63,088 nucleotides of DNA, filler included, from 6 parts of 6 records of this genome joined end to end with filler, not necessarily neighbours in it; one strand, 5' to 3'; counted from the whole stretch's first letter, positions 43,178 through 53,888 are shown. Program-made: numbers and translations. The notes: generated from the sequence alone by a model not told the origin.

Positions 43178-43720
43178 ATGAAGTTTTCTACTGTGTCTGT
43201 CGACGGCCGAGTGCTCGACGGTATCGTCTTGGTCGACAAGCAACCCATTAGTGACCACCGCGGTGAATTCTCTCGCATCTGGTGCAACGAAGAGTTTCAG
43301 GAACTCTTGCCAGCTCCAGTGCAAGTCAGCACTGTCACAACCAAGCGGGCTGGCACGATCCGTGGCCTGCATTTCCAGTCGTCACCTCACGCCGAAGCCA
43401 AGTACATTCGCTGTCTCAAAGGGCTGGCCCTGGTAGCTGTCGTCGACATTCGCCGAAATTCACCAACACACTTAAGGCATTTTACGATCAAGCTGTCGTG
43501 TGAAAGCGGCACGGGCATCTTTGTCGCACCAGGTTTTGCGCAAGGCTATCAGACGCTTGCCGACGACACCGAGATGATCTACTTCATGTCTGCTGCGTAC
43601 CATGCAGATTCCGCAGCCGGTTATCGCTATGACGACCCAGCATTCGGAATCACTTGGCCAATGAAACCGACGGAGTTGTCCGATCGCGACCGTCAATGGG
43701 AGGCCTATCGTGCAACCTAG
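43178..43720 (+). CDS. RmlC-like NDP-4-keto-6-deoxysugar 3,5-epimerase
   Basis: DHRGEF, GTIRGLHFQ, VDIRRNSPT, PGFAQGYQTL, RYDDPAFGI.WP. Confidence 0.92.
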   Translation: MKFSTVSVDGRVLDGIVLVDKQPISDHRGEFSRIWCNEEFQELLPAPVQVSTVTTKRAGTIRGLHFQSSPHAEAKYIRCLKGLALVAVVDIRRNSPTHLRHFTIKLSCESGTGIFVAPGFAQGYQTLADDTEMIYFMSAAYHADSAAGYRYDDPAFGITWPMKPTELSDRDRQWEAYRAT

Positions 43721-46337
43721 CTCGTGTTTCTCTCGTGCGGGTGCGGCCAGCGAGATGCAATCCGCCATCGAGCACCTGATGCCACTTTGTCGCAGTATCA
43801 CAGGGGCAGGCCTCCGCAGCACCCTCGATTGGCTGGCGGAGAGTACGGATCTGCAGACAACGGAAGTGCCCAGCGGCACGCGAGTGTTTGACTGGACAAT
43901 TCCGCCGGAATGGAACGTCGCCGAAGCAAGGTTGCTTGGCCCGCAGGGTGAACAAGTTTGTGCACTGGACGATTCACCGCTGCGGATAGTGAATTATTCG
44001 CATGCAGTAGACAAGCGTTTGTCGCTGCGCGAACTGCATAGCCATGTTCACTCACTGCCATCCAGTCCGGACTGGATACCTTACCGAACGAGCTACTATA
44101 GCCCAGCGTGGGGATTCTGCTTGCGGCACCGCGAGCTGCTTCAGCTTCAGGATGGGGAGTATCGAGCGAAGATTGATTCAACTTTGGATCCCAACGGCAG
44201 CCTAACATTTGGCGAAGTTGTTTTGCCCGGCCGCTCCCGGCAAGAAATCCTCTTCACTGCGCATTGCTGTCACCCAGGAATGGCCAACGACAATCTTTCA
44301 GGGCTCGTCGTCGCCTGGCAATTGTGCAAATGGCTGTCGACAAACGCAAACCGGCGGTACACATACCGGTTTGTTTTTGCACCAGGAACCATCGGTGCCA
44401 TAGCTTGGCTGGCCTTGAACCAACACCGTTTTGCGCGGATTGCTGGCGGTTTGGTCTTGGCATTGCTAGGCGACCCGCAGGCGATCACGTACAAAACGTC
44501 TCGCCAGGGACAGACGCGAATCGACGCAATTACGGCATCGGTTCTGAGCGAGAAAGACTCTCGGCAGTTGCCGTTTTCGCCAATCGGCTATGACGAAAGG
44601 CAGTACGGTGCGTCCGGAATTGACCTGCCAATCGGACGATTGACGCGGAGTGTCGAGGGCGAGTACGCTCAGTATCACTCGTCGGGAGACGATCTTTCCT
44701 GCGTCTCGGCGGAATCGCTGACAGGTTCGCTCGAAACGCTGCAAGCCATCGTCACTGGATTTGAGGAAGATGTCTTCTATCGCATCAAAGCCCCTGTTGG
44801 TGAATTGCAGCTCGGCAAGCGCGGACTCTACAAGCCCGCTTCGGGGGCTGGGACCGCCCGAGCCTGGGTGTTGAACTCGGCTGAGCACGGACTGGCTACG
44901 GGGCTTTCGCAAGGGGAAGTTTCACGATCCAGTCGAGGCCTACGGGAAGTTGCTGGAATTAGTGGCATTGAGCTGGAAGTTCTGCAGGGCGAAGCGAACG
45001 AACTTGAGGCGGCTGGCTTGATTGAGCCGCTCAACCGAGCTGCCGAAGAGAAAATACACGTGGATGCGTCGTCGGTCATTCCCGGCGGTGCGCACACTTA
45101 TGCAAAAGGCCGCGATCAATATCCGGACAATGCGCCGGAATCGATTGTTTCCGGTTTTGGTTGCCGAGTGACGGACAACCTTGGCAGAACCTTTGTCGAG
45201 TACGGTTCTGGACTGCGCAGCGTGAGCCTTGGCCATGCGTTCCCCACCGTCACCCAAGCAGCCATGGCACAGATGCAATTGGGTGCCAACTTTGTCCGCC
45301 CCGCGGAGATCGAGGCTGCCGCCGCCGCGGACTTGCTCAGCATTTTGCCAGCCGCGGAAATGGTTAAGTTCGCCAAGAATGGCAGTGATGTCACAACCGC
45401 AGCGGTCAAGTTATCGCGGGCGTATACGGGCAGGTTGAAAGTTCTTGTGTGTGCAGATCAACCGTTCTTCTCCGTTGACGACTGGTTCATTTCGCAAACG
45501 CCAATGGATGCGGGCATTCCAGCAACGACTGGCAGTGACGTTGAGAAGTTTCCGTACGGCGACCTGCAATACCTCGAGGACTTGTTCAAGCAGCGAGGCG
45601 AAGAGTTCGCTTGTCTGATGATGGAAGCAGAAACCTACACGCTGCCGCCGCAAGGATATCTTCGCGGAGTTCAGGAGTTGTGCCGTCGATATGGCGTGCT
45701 GTTCGTGCTCGACGAAATGATCACTGGCTTCCGCTGGCATATCGGCGGTGCACAGGCGCTGTTCGATCTGACTCCCGATCTGTCAACCTTTGGCAAAGCC
45801 CTCGGCAATGGATTCGCCGTCGCGGCACTTGCCGGCCGTCGTGAGATCATGGAACTTGGCGGCCTGCATCACAACCGCCCGCGAGTCTTCCTACTATCGA
45901 CCACTCATGGTGCGGAGACCCATAGCTTGGCTGCCGCCCAAGCCGTCATCGCAGCATACAAAGAATATCCCGTCATTGAGCGTTTAACTGAAAATGGTCG
46001 TCGACTGGCCGATGGTCTCGCTTGCATCGCAAATGACCTGGGAATTAGCGAGAGCTTCTATACACTGGGCCGCCCAAGCAACTTGATTTTTGTGACGAAG
46101 AACCCCGATGGTCAGCGTTGTCAATCGATGCGGACACTTCTGCTGAGCCAATTGATTCAGCGTGGTGTTCTTGGTCCGTCGCTCGTCGTCAATTTCTCTC
46201 ATGACGATGCAGCCATAACGCACACTATCGAAGCCTTTGCCGAATCGCTGGCTGTTTACAAAGATGCGCTCTCCGCCGGAGTGGAGAAGTACTTCCATGG
46301 TCCGGCATCGAAGCCGGTATTTCGAAAATACAATTGA
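43710..46337 (+). CDS. Fusion: DUF4910/DUF2172 (M28-like fold + HTH) and GSA-aminomutase-like class III aminotransferase
   Basis: N-half: RSITG.G.R, DWTIPPEWN, IPYRTSYY, HCCHPGMANDNLSG, GYDERQY, YHSSGD. C-half from about 45050: IPGGAHTYAKG, KNGSDVT, DEMITGFR, TFGKALGNG. Single open frame; start may be 43755. Confidence 0.9.
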   Translation: MQPSSCFSRAGAASEMQSAIEHLMPLCRSITGAGLRSTLDWLAESTDLQTTEVPSGTRVFDWTIPPEWNVAEARLLGPQGEQVCALDDSPLRIVNYSHAVDKRLSLRELHSHVHSLPSSPDWIPYRTSYYSPAWGFCLRHRELLQLQDGEYRAKIDSTLDPNGSLTFGEVVLPGRSRQEILFTAHCCHPGMANDNLSGLVVAWQLCKWLSTNANRRYTYRFVFAPGTIGAIAWLALNQHRFARIAGGLVLALLGDPQAITYKTSRQGQTRIDAITASVLSEKDSRQLPFSPIGYDERQYGASGIDLPIGRLTRSVEGEYAQYHSSGDDLSCVSAESLTGSLETLQAIVTGFEEDVFYRIKAPVGELQLGKRGLYKPASGAGTARAWVLNSAEHGLATGLSQGEVSRSSRGLREVAGISGIELEVLQGEANELEAAGLIEPLNRAAEEKIHVDASSVIPGGAHTYAKGRDQYPDNAPESIVSGFGCRVTDNLGRTFVEYGSGLRSVSLGHAFPTVTQAAMAQMQLGANFVRPAEIEAAAAADLLSILPAAEMVKFAKNGSDVTTAAVKLSRAYTGRLKVLVCADQPFFSVDDWFISQTPMDAGIPATTGSDVEKFPYGDLQYLEDLFKQRGEEFACLMMEAETYTLPPQGYLRGVQELCRRYGVLFVLDEMITGFRWHIGGAQALFDLTPDLSTFGKALGNGFAVAALAGRREIMELGGLHHNRPRVFLLSTTHGAETHSLAAAQAVIAAYKEYPVIERLTENGRRLADGLACIANDLGISESFYTLGRPSNLIFVTKNPDGQRCQSMRTLLLSQLIQRGVLGPSLVVNFSHDDAAITHTIEAFAESLAVYKDALSAGVEKYFHGPASKPVFRKYN

Positions 46338-46355
46338 TTACGGGCTGCAGCACAG

Positions 46356-47588
46356 ATGAACCATGGCAAGTGCCGACATTGCAATCACCAACTCAGCCCG
46401 CCCGTTCTGGACCTTGGGTTAACGCCGCTTTGCGAGAGCTTACGTCGCAGCGAGACGTTCAATCACGCTGAACAATACTTTCCCTTGCTGCTTTTCGTGT
46501 GCGAGCGTTGCTGGCTGGTCCAACTAAGCGACTATGTATCCCCGGAGTCGATCTTTCGCGAGTACGCATACTTCTCTTCGGTTTCTAGCTCGTGGTTAAA
46601 GCATGCGCAGCGTCACGCGCACTCAATGATCAACCGGATGAATCTTGGTGCGGAAAGCTTCGTAGTGGAAGTTGCGAGCAACGACGGCTACTTACTGCGG
46701 AACTTCCGCGGTGCAAGTGTGCCTTGTCTTGGAGTTGAGCCGGCACGTAACGTAGCAGCGAAAGCCATCGAACAGGGGATTGAAACGGAGACCGAGTTTT
46801 GGGGCGAAGAGTACGCTCGCGACTTACGGTCGCGGCGTGGGCCTGCGGATCTGATTCTCGCGAACAATGTGTTGGCCCACGTGCCAAACATCAACGGTTT
46901 CACCGCTGGCCTGGCGACCATGCTTTCCGAATCCGGCGTACTCTCGATTGAATTCCCGCACTTGCTTCAAATGCTGGCGAATACCCAATTCGACACAATT
47001 TACCACGAACACTTCAGCTACCTATCGCTTGGATTCGTTGAGCGGCTTTTCCAAACACAGGGATTGAGAGTTTTTGACGTGGAAGAACTGCCCTCGCATG
47101 GCGGCTCTTTGCGTGTTTTTGCCTGCCACGATGGTGAGGAGCCAGCCTGGGAGTCTTCGACAATCGATTCGATTCGAAATTCTGAAGAGTCGTTTGGGCT
47201 GTGGACACCAGATGCTTACAGCAGATTTGCGAAACGCACTTCCGACATTAAACGTTCGACGTTGCGTTTCCTTCTGGACACGGCCGACAGCGGCAAAAAG
47301 GTTGCGGGCTATGGGGCTCCCGGAAAATGCGTGACGTTCCTGCACTACTGTGGTATCGATGCTGACTTGATTCCATTCACGGCAGATCGCAACCCCTACA
47401 AACAGGGGAGCTTTCTTCCAGGCACTTCAATCCGGATCGACACTCCAGAAGCCATAGACACTGAGCGGCCGGACTATGTCTTTGTCCTTCCCTGGAACCT
47501 GCGACGCGAAATCACCGAGCAACTTGCACATATTCGCTCTTGGGGCGGGCAGTTCGTCTTTGCGATTCCTGAGTTGCAAGTAATCTAG
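46356..47588 (+). CDS. NDP-hexose C3-methyltransferase (Zn-binding, Methyltransf_13/14 type)
   Basis: CRHC...C..CWLVQL, YAYFSS, EVASNDGYLL, FDTIYHEHFSY, HGGSLR, GYGAPGK. Confidence 0.92.
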   Translation: MNHGKCRHCNHQLSPPVLDLGLTPLCESLRRSETFNHAEQYFPLLLFVCERCWLVQLSDYVSPESIFREYAYFSSVSSSWLKHAQRHAHSMINRMNLGAESFVVEVASNDGYLLRNFRGASVPCLGVEPARNVAAKAIEQGIETETEFWGEEYARDLRSRRGPADLILANNVLAHVPNINGFTAGLATMLSESGVLSIEFPHLLQMLANTQFDTIYHEHFSYLSLGFVERLFQTQGLRVFDVEELPSHGGSLRVFACHDGEEPAWESSTIDSIRNSEESFGLWTPDAYSRFAKRTSDIKRSTLRFLLDTADSGKKVAGYGAPGKCVTFLHYCGIDADLIPFTADRNPYKQGSFLPGTSIRIDTPEAIDTERPDYVFVLPWNLRREITEQLAHIRSWGGQFVFAIPELQVI

Positions 47589-47685
47589 AGCTGCCCCCCT
47601 GGCTGGTACTGGAAGTTGCAACGGCTGCAACCGACACCCAGCAATGAGTCCACCGCGTAGGCCCTGCACAAAACAGGAACAATCG

Positions 47686-48453
47686 ATGAAGGTAGTTCTA
47701 TTCTGCGGTGGGCAAGGAATGCGAATTCGAGAGCATTCCGACGTTATCCCCAAGCCGATGGTCGAACTGGGCTACCGTCCGATAGTTTGGCACCTCATGA
47801 AGTACTACGCGCATTTTGGACACAATGAGTTCATCCTGTGTTTGGGGTATCGCGCCGACTATATCAAGCAGTACTTTCTGAACTACAGCGAGTGCGCTTC
47901 CAACAATTTCACCTTAAGCAAAGGCGAGGTGGAGCTGCATGCTTCGGACATCCAGGACTGGAGCATAACATTCGTTGATACCGGTTTGGATACGGTCGTT
48001 GGAGAACGCCTACAACGGGTGAAAAATCTGGTTGGCAATGAGGATCGCTTTCTCGCAAATTACGCAGATGGACTGAGTGATGTTGACCTGAACAAAATGG
48101 TTGCCCACCACGAGAAAAGTTCCGCTGTAGCTACCTGTTTGGCAGTAAAGCCCACGCAGTCATTCCACTTGCTGACGAGCTCTGAGTCAGGCAAAGCGAC
48201 TAGCATTACTCCGGTTTCCCATGTTGATCAGTGGATGAATGGCGGCTTCTTCATCCTCAACAAAGAAATCTTTGATTACATGCAACCTGGCGAGGACTTG
48301 GCTTGCGAGCCCTTTCGGCGGTTGATCGATCAAGACAAGCTGGCTTGCTACAATTACCAAGGTTTCTGGGGGTGCATGGACACCTATAAAGAGAAGCAAT
48401 TGCTGGACGACATGATTCAACGCGGCGACACACCTTGGAAGCTTTGGTCCTAG
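47686..48453 (+). CDS. rfbF: Glucose-1-phosphate cytidylyltransferase (RfbF-like)
   Basis: MKVVLFCGGQGMR...PKPMV, CLGY, FVDTG, NYADGLSD, NGGFF, GFWGCMDT; RBS AGGA. Confidence 0.85.
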   Translation: MKVVLFCGGQGMRIREHSDVIPKPMVELGYRPIVWHLMKYYAHFGHNEFILCLGYRADYIKQYFLNYSECASNNFTLSKGEVELHASDIQDWSITFVDTGLDTVVGERLQRVKNLVGNEDRFLANYADGLSDVDLNKMVAHHEKSSAVATCLAVKPTQSFHLLTSSESGKATSITPVSHVDQWMNGGFFILNKEIFDYMQPGEDLACEPFRRLIDQDKLACYNYQGFWGCMDTYKEKQLLDDMIQRGDTPWKLWS

Positions 48454-48493
48454 GTACCAACCCGCAACACCTCACACCGCGCGGAGTCCCGCA

Positions 48494-49153
48494 GTGCACC
48501 CTTTCTCATTCGGCCGTCTTGAATCAGTTCTTTGCATCGGTGCTCACGCTGATGACATTGAGATCGGGTGCGGAGGGACCTTGCTAAGGTTGCAGCAAGA
48601 TCATCCTGACCTGACGATCCATTGGCACGTTCTGTCGGGCGGTGCCGATGCCCAAACCGGATTCGACCGCGGGGAGGAAGCGTTGTGTTCTGCTGAGAAA
48701 TTTGTCGCTCCGCAGCATCGGGGCAGCATCGAAGTTCACAATTTTCGCGACGCTCACTTTCCTGTCGAATACGCGAACTTGAAAACATGTCTGTCGAAAT
48801 TGCAGGCCGAATTGAATCCGTCGATCGTCCTGACGCACCAAAACAGCGATTTGCACCAAGACCATCGCGTAGTGGCCGAGATCGCTCTGCAGTCTTTCCG
48901 CCGGCAACCAATCCTTGGTTTCGAGATCCCCAAGTACGATGGTGACTTGTCACGGCCCAATCTGTACGTGGACATTCCCGAGACTGTTTGCGCGCGGAAG
49001 CTAGACCTGCTCCTTGAGTGCTTTCCGTCGCAGCAAAGCAAGCGGTGGTTTTCCCGAGATACTTTCTCAGCGTTGATGAAAATTCGGGGCATCGAATCGC
49101 ACGCCGCGTCTGGCTTCGCCGAGGCGTTCTATGCCGGCAAGCTAACTGTCTAG
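48494..49153 (+). CDS. PIG-L/LmbE-family deacetylase
   Basis: GAHADDIEIGCGG, R.EEA, DLHQDH, EIPKYDGDL. Confidence 0.92.
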   Translation: MHPFSFGRLESVLCIGAHADDIEIGCGGTLLRLQQDHPDLTIHWHVLSGGADAQTGFDRGEEALCSAEKFVAPQHRGSIEVHNFRDAHFPVEYANLKTCLSKLQAELNPSIVLTHQNSDLHQDHRVVAEIALQSFRRQPILGFEIPKYDGDLSRPNLYVDIPETVCARKLDLLLECFPSQQSKRWFSRDTFSALMKIRGIESHAASGFAEAFYAGKLTV

Positions 49154-49428
49154 CTCGTCGGTTAATCCTGCTGCGTCACAAAATGTGGCCGAATTGTCAA
49201 CGCGAGACATCTAATCGCTTCAATCCCCCTGGGTAAGGGCCGCCTGCAGGACAATTTGCATGCCCTTCCGCCGCTAGCAGCGGTACAATGAACTGCAGGC
49301 CCACACTGACGTTTGATCGGGGCGTACCGCATCTGAGACGTGTCTTTGGTCGACGCAAGTCTCTCAGTTTGTGGTCGACGCGCTCATTACCTTTTCGACT
49401 TTTCGCGATTGTTGGCAAGACTGCACTT

Positions 49429-51201
49429 ATGGCAAGTTCATTGGATTCATCTGAGAATCACGATGAATCCGCGGCTTCAGAGAACGCGGCTGCGAGCGGT
49501 GCGCCTCCACTTCCGCCAGTGGCGCCACCCATCAGCCAACAGCAGCCAGCTACTCAACCGCCGCCGCAATCACCTGCTTCCCCTCCGAGTTCATTGCCCG
49601 GGCCACCGCCACCTAGGATACCCTCTGGGCCGACTCCTGCCGTTCCACCTGCTGCTGCCGCGCCCAATGCTTCCGCAGTCGCGCCCTCAACAGTGCCTCG
49701 ACCGAGCAACCAAGAGCCAGTCGCGGCATCTGCCAATGCCACGTCTACAGTTGCGAACGCCAGCGGTCCTAAGGCGGAGATTACTGCAGATCACACCGTT
49801 GTAGCTGAACGTAAAGAAAAGAATGAGCGGCGAAGACGCGCGCCATCGTGGCTTGCAAGTTTCGTCCTGCACCTGGCAATACTCCTGGTCCTTGCGCTGG
49901 TTCCCCTGCGGCAGCTTGCCAGCGGACCGGTCTCATTTTTCCTGGGTGCTTCGGAAGGAGAGGTTGAGGAGAGTTTTGACTTGAGCACGTCAGATGCTCA
50001 GACCGAGGCGCTTGAGTCGACAGATCAATCCCCAGAGGAAACGCCAGATGCGACCGAGCCGCTTAAGGCACTTGAGCTGCCAACGTTCGATGTAGCTTCC
50101 GAGGTCATTGAGCCCACGCAATTGACTGCAGTCGAGTCGCTGGAGAGCCTGCCGTTTGGTTTGACGAATGGCTTGAGTGGTCGGCAGGGCGAGATGAAAT
50201 CGCAACTGCTCAGCGCGTTTGGCGGAAGCGCCGAAACCGAGCAAGCGGTTGAACTTGGGCTAGCATGGTTGGCTCGGAACCAGAACAGCAACGGTTCGTG
50301 GAGTCTGACCGGTCCTTACGCGCATGGCGGTGTATCGGAGAACAAGACGGCCGCAACCGCTATGGCGCTCAACGCGTTCCTTGGCGCTGGCTACACGCAC
50401 AAAGAAGGCAAGTACCAGACAAACGTCGCACTTGGCCTGAAATTCCTGCTCAAAAGGCAAGACAAGGATGGATTCTTTGCAGACCGCGAGCCTTCACGGC
50501 AACAAATGTATGCCCAGGCCATTGCCTCCATCTGTGTCATCGAAGCTTACGGTCTTACGAAAGACACCACGCTGATCGGTCCAGCACAGAGCGCCATCGA
50601 TTTTGCGGAATGGTCGCAAAGCCCACTTCGCGGCTGGCGTTACGATCCACGTGACGATGCAGACACGTCGGTAACGGGTTGGTACGTAATGCTGCTGGCC
50701 ACGGGACAAATGGCAGGCTTGGACGTCGACAAGCTGAAATTCAAGAGCGTCAATGTGTTTCTGGATAGCGTAGCCCACGCCGACTACACGCGATACGCGT
50801 ACACAAAATTCCAAGGCCCAAGTCTGAGCATGACTGCTGAAGGGATTTTGTGCCGTCTCTACCTTGGCTGGACCCGCTCTCACCCAGGCCTAGTTACTGC
50901 GGTTCAGCAGGACCTCTTGCCAAATCTGCCAGCCGACAACGGAGAAGAGAGCAGCGTTTATTACACCTACTACGCAACTCAGGTCATGCACCATTTTGGT
51001 GGCGAACCATGGAAGACGTGGAATGATGCCATGAAACGCGTCTTGCCTGCAACTCAACAAAAGGTTGGCCCGGAACGCGGCAGTTGGAATCCTCAGGACG
51101 ACATCTATGGTGCCGCTGGCGGACGTCTCTATGTCACGTGCCTGAACCTGTATTGCCTACAAGTCTACTACCGCCACTTGGCGTTGTACGACCTGAAGTA
51201 A
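49429..51201 (+). CDS. Membrane-anchored prenyltransferase/squalene-oxidase repeat protein
   Basis: Pro-rich N-terminus, TM SWLASFVLHLAILLVL, acidic linker, QW-like repeats (WLARNQNSNGSW, FLLKRQDKDG, GWRY, GSW); start uncertain. Confidence 0.85.
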   Translation: MASSLDSSENHDESAASENAAASGAPPLPPVAPPISQQQPATQPPPQSPASPPSSLPGPPPPRIPSGPTPAVPPAAAAPNASAVAPSTVPRPSNQEPVAASANATSTVANASGPKAEITADHTVVAERKEKNERRRRAPSWLASFVLHLAILLVLALVPLRQLASGPVSFFLGASEGEVEESFDLSTSDAQTEALESTDQSPEETPDATEPLKALELPTFDVASEVIEPTQLTAVESLESLPFGLTNGLSGRQGEMKSQLLSAFGGSAETEQAVELGLAWLARNQNSNGSWSLTGPYAHGGVSENKTAATAMALNAFLGAGYTHKEGKYQTNVALGLKFLLKRQDKDGFFADREPSRQQMYAQAIASICVIEAYGLTKDTTLIGPAQSAIDFAEWSQSPLRGWRYDPRDDADTSVTGWYVMLLATGQMAGLDVDKLKFKSVNVFLDSVAHADYTRYAYTKFQGPSLSMTAEGILCRLYLGWTRSHPGLVTAVQQDLLPNLPADNGEESSVYYTYYATQVMHHFGGEPWKTWNDAMKRVLPATQQKVGPERGSWNPQDDIYGAAGGRLYVTCLNLYCLQVYYRHLALYDLK

Positions 51202-51356
51202 CGAATCGACGAAGTAACGCTGTGTGCCGCGATCCGCACCCAAGCTGACCAGTATTCTCAATTGGCAAGTTGCTCAGCCCACTCCGCTCGACTTATCTCG
51301 GCAGCCTAGAGCGCTTCCAGTTCGAGTGTAGCGTTTCTGCGCCTATTTGAGTCAGC

Positions 51357-51456
51357 NNNNNNNNNNNNNNNNNNNNNNNNNNNNNNNNNNNNNNNNNNNN
51401 TTAATTAATTAANNNNNNNNNNNNNNNNNNNNNNNNNNNNNNNNNNNNNNNNNNNN
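51357..51456. other. Artificial contig spacer
   Basis: 44 N + TTAATTAATTAA + 44 N. Confidence 0.99.
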
Positions 51457-51457
51457 C

Positions 51458-52243
51458 AAAGCCTACAAGCTGGAAGAAGTTGCCGCCGACAAGGCCGCAA
51501 AACCGCTCAGCGATGTCGAAGCCGAAGCGCAAGCGGCAAGCCCCGTGCGCCCCTTTGCCGAAGCGCTTTTTGATGCATCAAGGCAAGGCTACGGCCTGAT
51601 CGCCGAAATTAAGAAAGCCAGCCCGTCCAAAGGATTGATCCGCGCCGATTTCGACCCCGCCGCATTGGCGCAGGCCTATGCTGCGGGCGGCGCAACCTGT
51701 TTGTCGGTTCTGACCGACACGCCTAGCTTTCAAGGCGCCAAAGACTATCTCGTCGAGGCCCGCGCAGCCTGTGATCTGCCCGCCCTGCGCAAGGATTTTA
51801 TGTATGACACCTATCAGGTCGCCGAGGCGCGGGCGCTGGGGGCCGATTCTATCCTGATCATCATGGCGTCTGTGTCTGACGAACAGGCGGCAGAGCTTGA
51901 GGACGCCGCGGCCCATTGGGGCATGGATGCGCTGATCGAAGTACATGACGCCGACGAGCTGGAGCGTGCCACCAGATTGAAAAGCCGGATGATCGGCATA
52001 AACAACCGCAATCTCAAGACCTTCGAAACCTCTCTTGATGTGACCCGCACCCTGTCCAAACAGGTGCCGGGGGACCGCATGATGGTCTCGGAATCAGGCC
52101 TGAACACCCCGGACGATCTGGCCGATATGGCGCGCTATGGTGCACGGGTGTTCCTGATTGGAGAAAGCCTGATGCGGCAAGAGAATGTTGAGATCGCCAC
52201 CCGCGATTTGCTCGCCAATCCTCTGACCGCCGGAGGCATGTGA
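51458..52243 (+). CDS. trpC: Indole-3-glycerol phosphate synthase (5' truncated)
   Basis: [42 protein letters not shown]. Confidence 0.97.
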   Translation, partial: KAYKLEEVAADKAAKPLSDVEAEAQAASPVRPFAEALFDASRQGYGLIAEIKKASPSKGLIRADFDPAALAQAYAAGGATCLSVLTDTPSFQGAKDYLVEARAACDLPALRKDFMYDTYQVAEARALGADSILIIMASVSDEQAAELEDAAAHWGMDALIEVHDADELERATRLKSRMIGINNRNLKTFETSLDVTRTLSKQVPGDRMMVSESGLNTPDDLADMARYGARVFLIGESLMRQENVEIATRDLLANPLTAGGM

Positions 52244-52719
52244 TGGCCCTCACCCATTTTGACGCCAAGGGTGACGCCCATATGGTGGATGTCTCGGACA
52301 AGGACATCACATCGCGGATCGCCGTGGCCGAAGGTCACATCAAGATGCAGCGCGAAACCTTTGATATCATTACCGAAGGCCGCGCCAAGAAGGGCGATGT
52401 TCTGGGCGTGGCCCGGCTGGCCGGGATCATGGCAGCCAAACGCACCGCCGATCTGATCCCTCTGTGCCATCCCTTGCCGATTACCAAGGTTAGCGTCGAT
52501 CTGGAGCCCGATGAAACCCTGCCCGGCATCCGCATCACCGCCACTGTGAAAACCACCGGCCAAACCGGCGTCGAGATGGAGGCACTTACCGCCGCCTCTA
52601 CCGCCGCGCTGACGGTTTATGACATGTCCAAGGCCGTCGACAAATCAATGGAGATTGGTGGCATTCGGGTGATGTTGAAAGATGGCGGAAAATCAGGGCG
52701 TTACGAGGCATCCGAATGA
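52243..52719 (+). CDS. moaC: Cyclic pyranopterin monophosphate synthase
   Basis: [39 protein letters not shown]. Confidence 0.97.
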   Translation: MALTHFDAKGDAHMVDVSDKDITSRIAVAEGHIKMQRETFDIITEGRAKKGDVLGVARLAGIMAAKRTADLIPLCHPLPITKVSVDLEPDETLPGIRITATVKTTGQTGVEMEALTAASTAALTVYDMSKAVDKSMEIGGIRVMLKDGGKSGRYEASE

Positions 52720-53888
52720 TCCCCGTCGCCGAGGCGCTGCAACAGGTGTTGGATCTGGTTGCGCCGCTTGAAGTGGAAGAGGTCCCGTTGCGCCAAGCCG
52801 CTGGCCGGGTTCTGGCCCGCGATGTGACCGCAACCCGCACGCAGCCACCTTTTGCGGCATCCTCAATGGATGGTTACGCCCTGCGCCGCGCCGAGGTAGA
52901 GCCGGACGCGATGTTCAAGGTCGTGGGCGAAGCGGCAGCCGGCCATCGGTTCGAGGGCAAATTGAAAGCCGGGCAAGCGGTGCGTATCTTTACCGGAGCC
53001 CCCATCCCAAACGGCGCAGATTTTGTTGTTATTCAAGAGGATACAACGCGTCGCGGTGATCTGATCACCTTGGGGCACAAGATCGGAACCAAAGACAACA
53101 TCCGCCCCGCTGGGGGCGATTTTGCCAAGGGTCAAAAGATCTCTGCTCCCCTGTTGCTGCGCCCTGCGGATATTGCCTTGCTGGCCGCCATGAACATCGC
53201 CCGTGTGCCAGTGGCCCGCAAACCCATCATTGCAATTCTCGCCACAGGGGATGAATTGGTGCAGCCCGGGGAAACCCCGGCAGAAGATCAGATTGTCGCC
53301 TCCAACAGTTTTGGTCTGGCCGCGATGTTCGAAGGCAAAGGCGCGGACGTGCGCATGCTGCCCGTGGCCCGCGATAATGCAGCCTCTCTCAAACAGGCCT
53401 TCAGGCTTGCCAAGGGTGCGGATCTGATCATCACGATTGGCGGCGCCTCCGTTGGGGATCACGATCTGGTCGCGCCCGTCGCCGCCGAAATTGGCATGGA
53501 GCAGAGCTTTTACAAGGTTGCGATGCGCCCCGGCAAACCGTTGATGGCCGGCAGATTGGGCGAGGCGGTGATGCTGGGCCTGCCCGGCAATCCGGTGTCG
53601 GCGATGGTGTGCGGCACGGTGTTTGGCCTGCCGCTATTGCGTAAGATGCTGGGTCTCGGCTCCGGGCCCTTGCCAATGCAAGAGGCGCCGCTGGGCGTCG
53701 ATCTGCCCCAAAACGGCCCGCGCACCCACTATATGCGGGCGCATCTGCGTGACGGGCAATTGTTCCCCGATGACAGGCAAGACAGTTCCTTGCTGTCGGT
53801 TCTGGCCACGGCAAATGCCCTGATGGTGCGGCCCGTGGACGATGCGCCGCGCAAGGCCGGTGATACGGCGCATTTCATCGCGATCTAA
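52716..53888 (+). CDS. moeA: Molybdopterin molybdotransferase
   Basis: [45 protein letters not shown]. Confidence 0.97.
   Translation: MIPVAEALQQVLDLVAPLEVEEVPLRQAAGRVLARDVTATRTQPPFAASSMDGYALRRAEVEPDAMFKVVGEAAAGHRFEGKLKAGQAVRIFTGAPIPNGADFVVIQEDTTRRGDLITLGHKIGTKDNIRPAGGDFAKGQKISAPLLLRPADIALLAAMNIARVPVARKPIIAILATGDELVQPGETPAEDQIVASNSFGLAAMFEGKGADVRMLPVARDNAASLKQAFRLAKGADLIITIGGASVGDHDLVAPVAAEIGMEQSFYKVAMRPGKPLMAGRLGEAVMLGLPGNPVSAMVCGTVFGLPLLRKMLGLGSGPLPMQEAPLGVDLPQNGPRTHYMRAHLRDGQLFPDDRQDSSLLSVLATANALMVRPVDDAPRKAGDTAHFIAI

Noticed and set aside
45050..46337. Aminotransferase domain as the heme-pathway hemL
   Set aside because: Fusion to DUF4910, the sugar-cassette context and the IPGGAHTYAKG start point to the glycan-associated paralogue.
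49429..51201. Squalene-hopene cyclase
   Set aside because: Single barrel with a TM anchor and no properly placed DXDD motif.
51306..51356. CTAGAGCGCTTCCAG... at the contig end as an IS/MITE terminus
   Set aside because: Suggestive, but only one end is visible and there is no second copy in the window.
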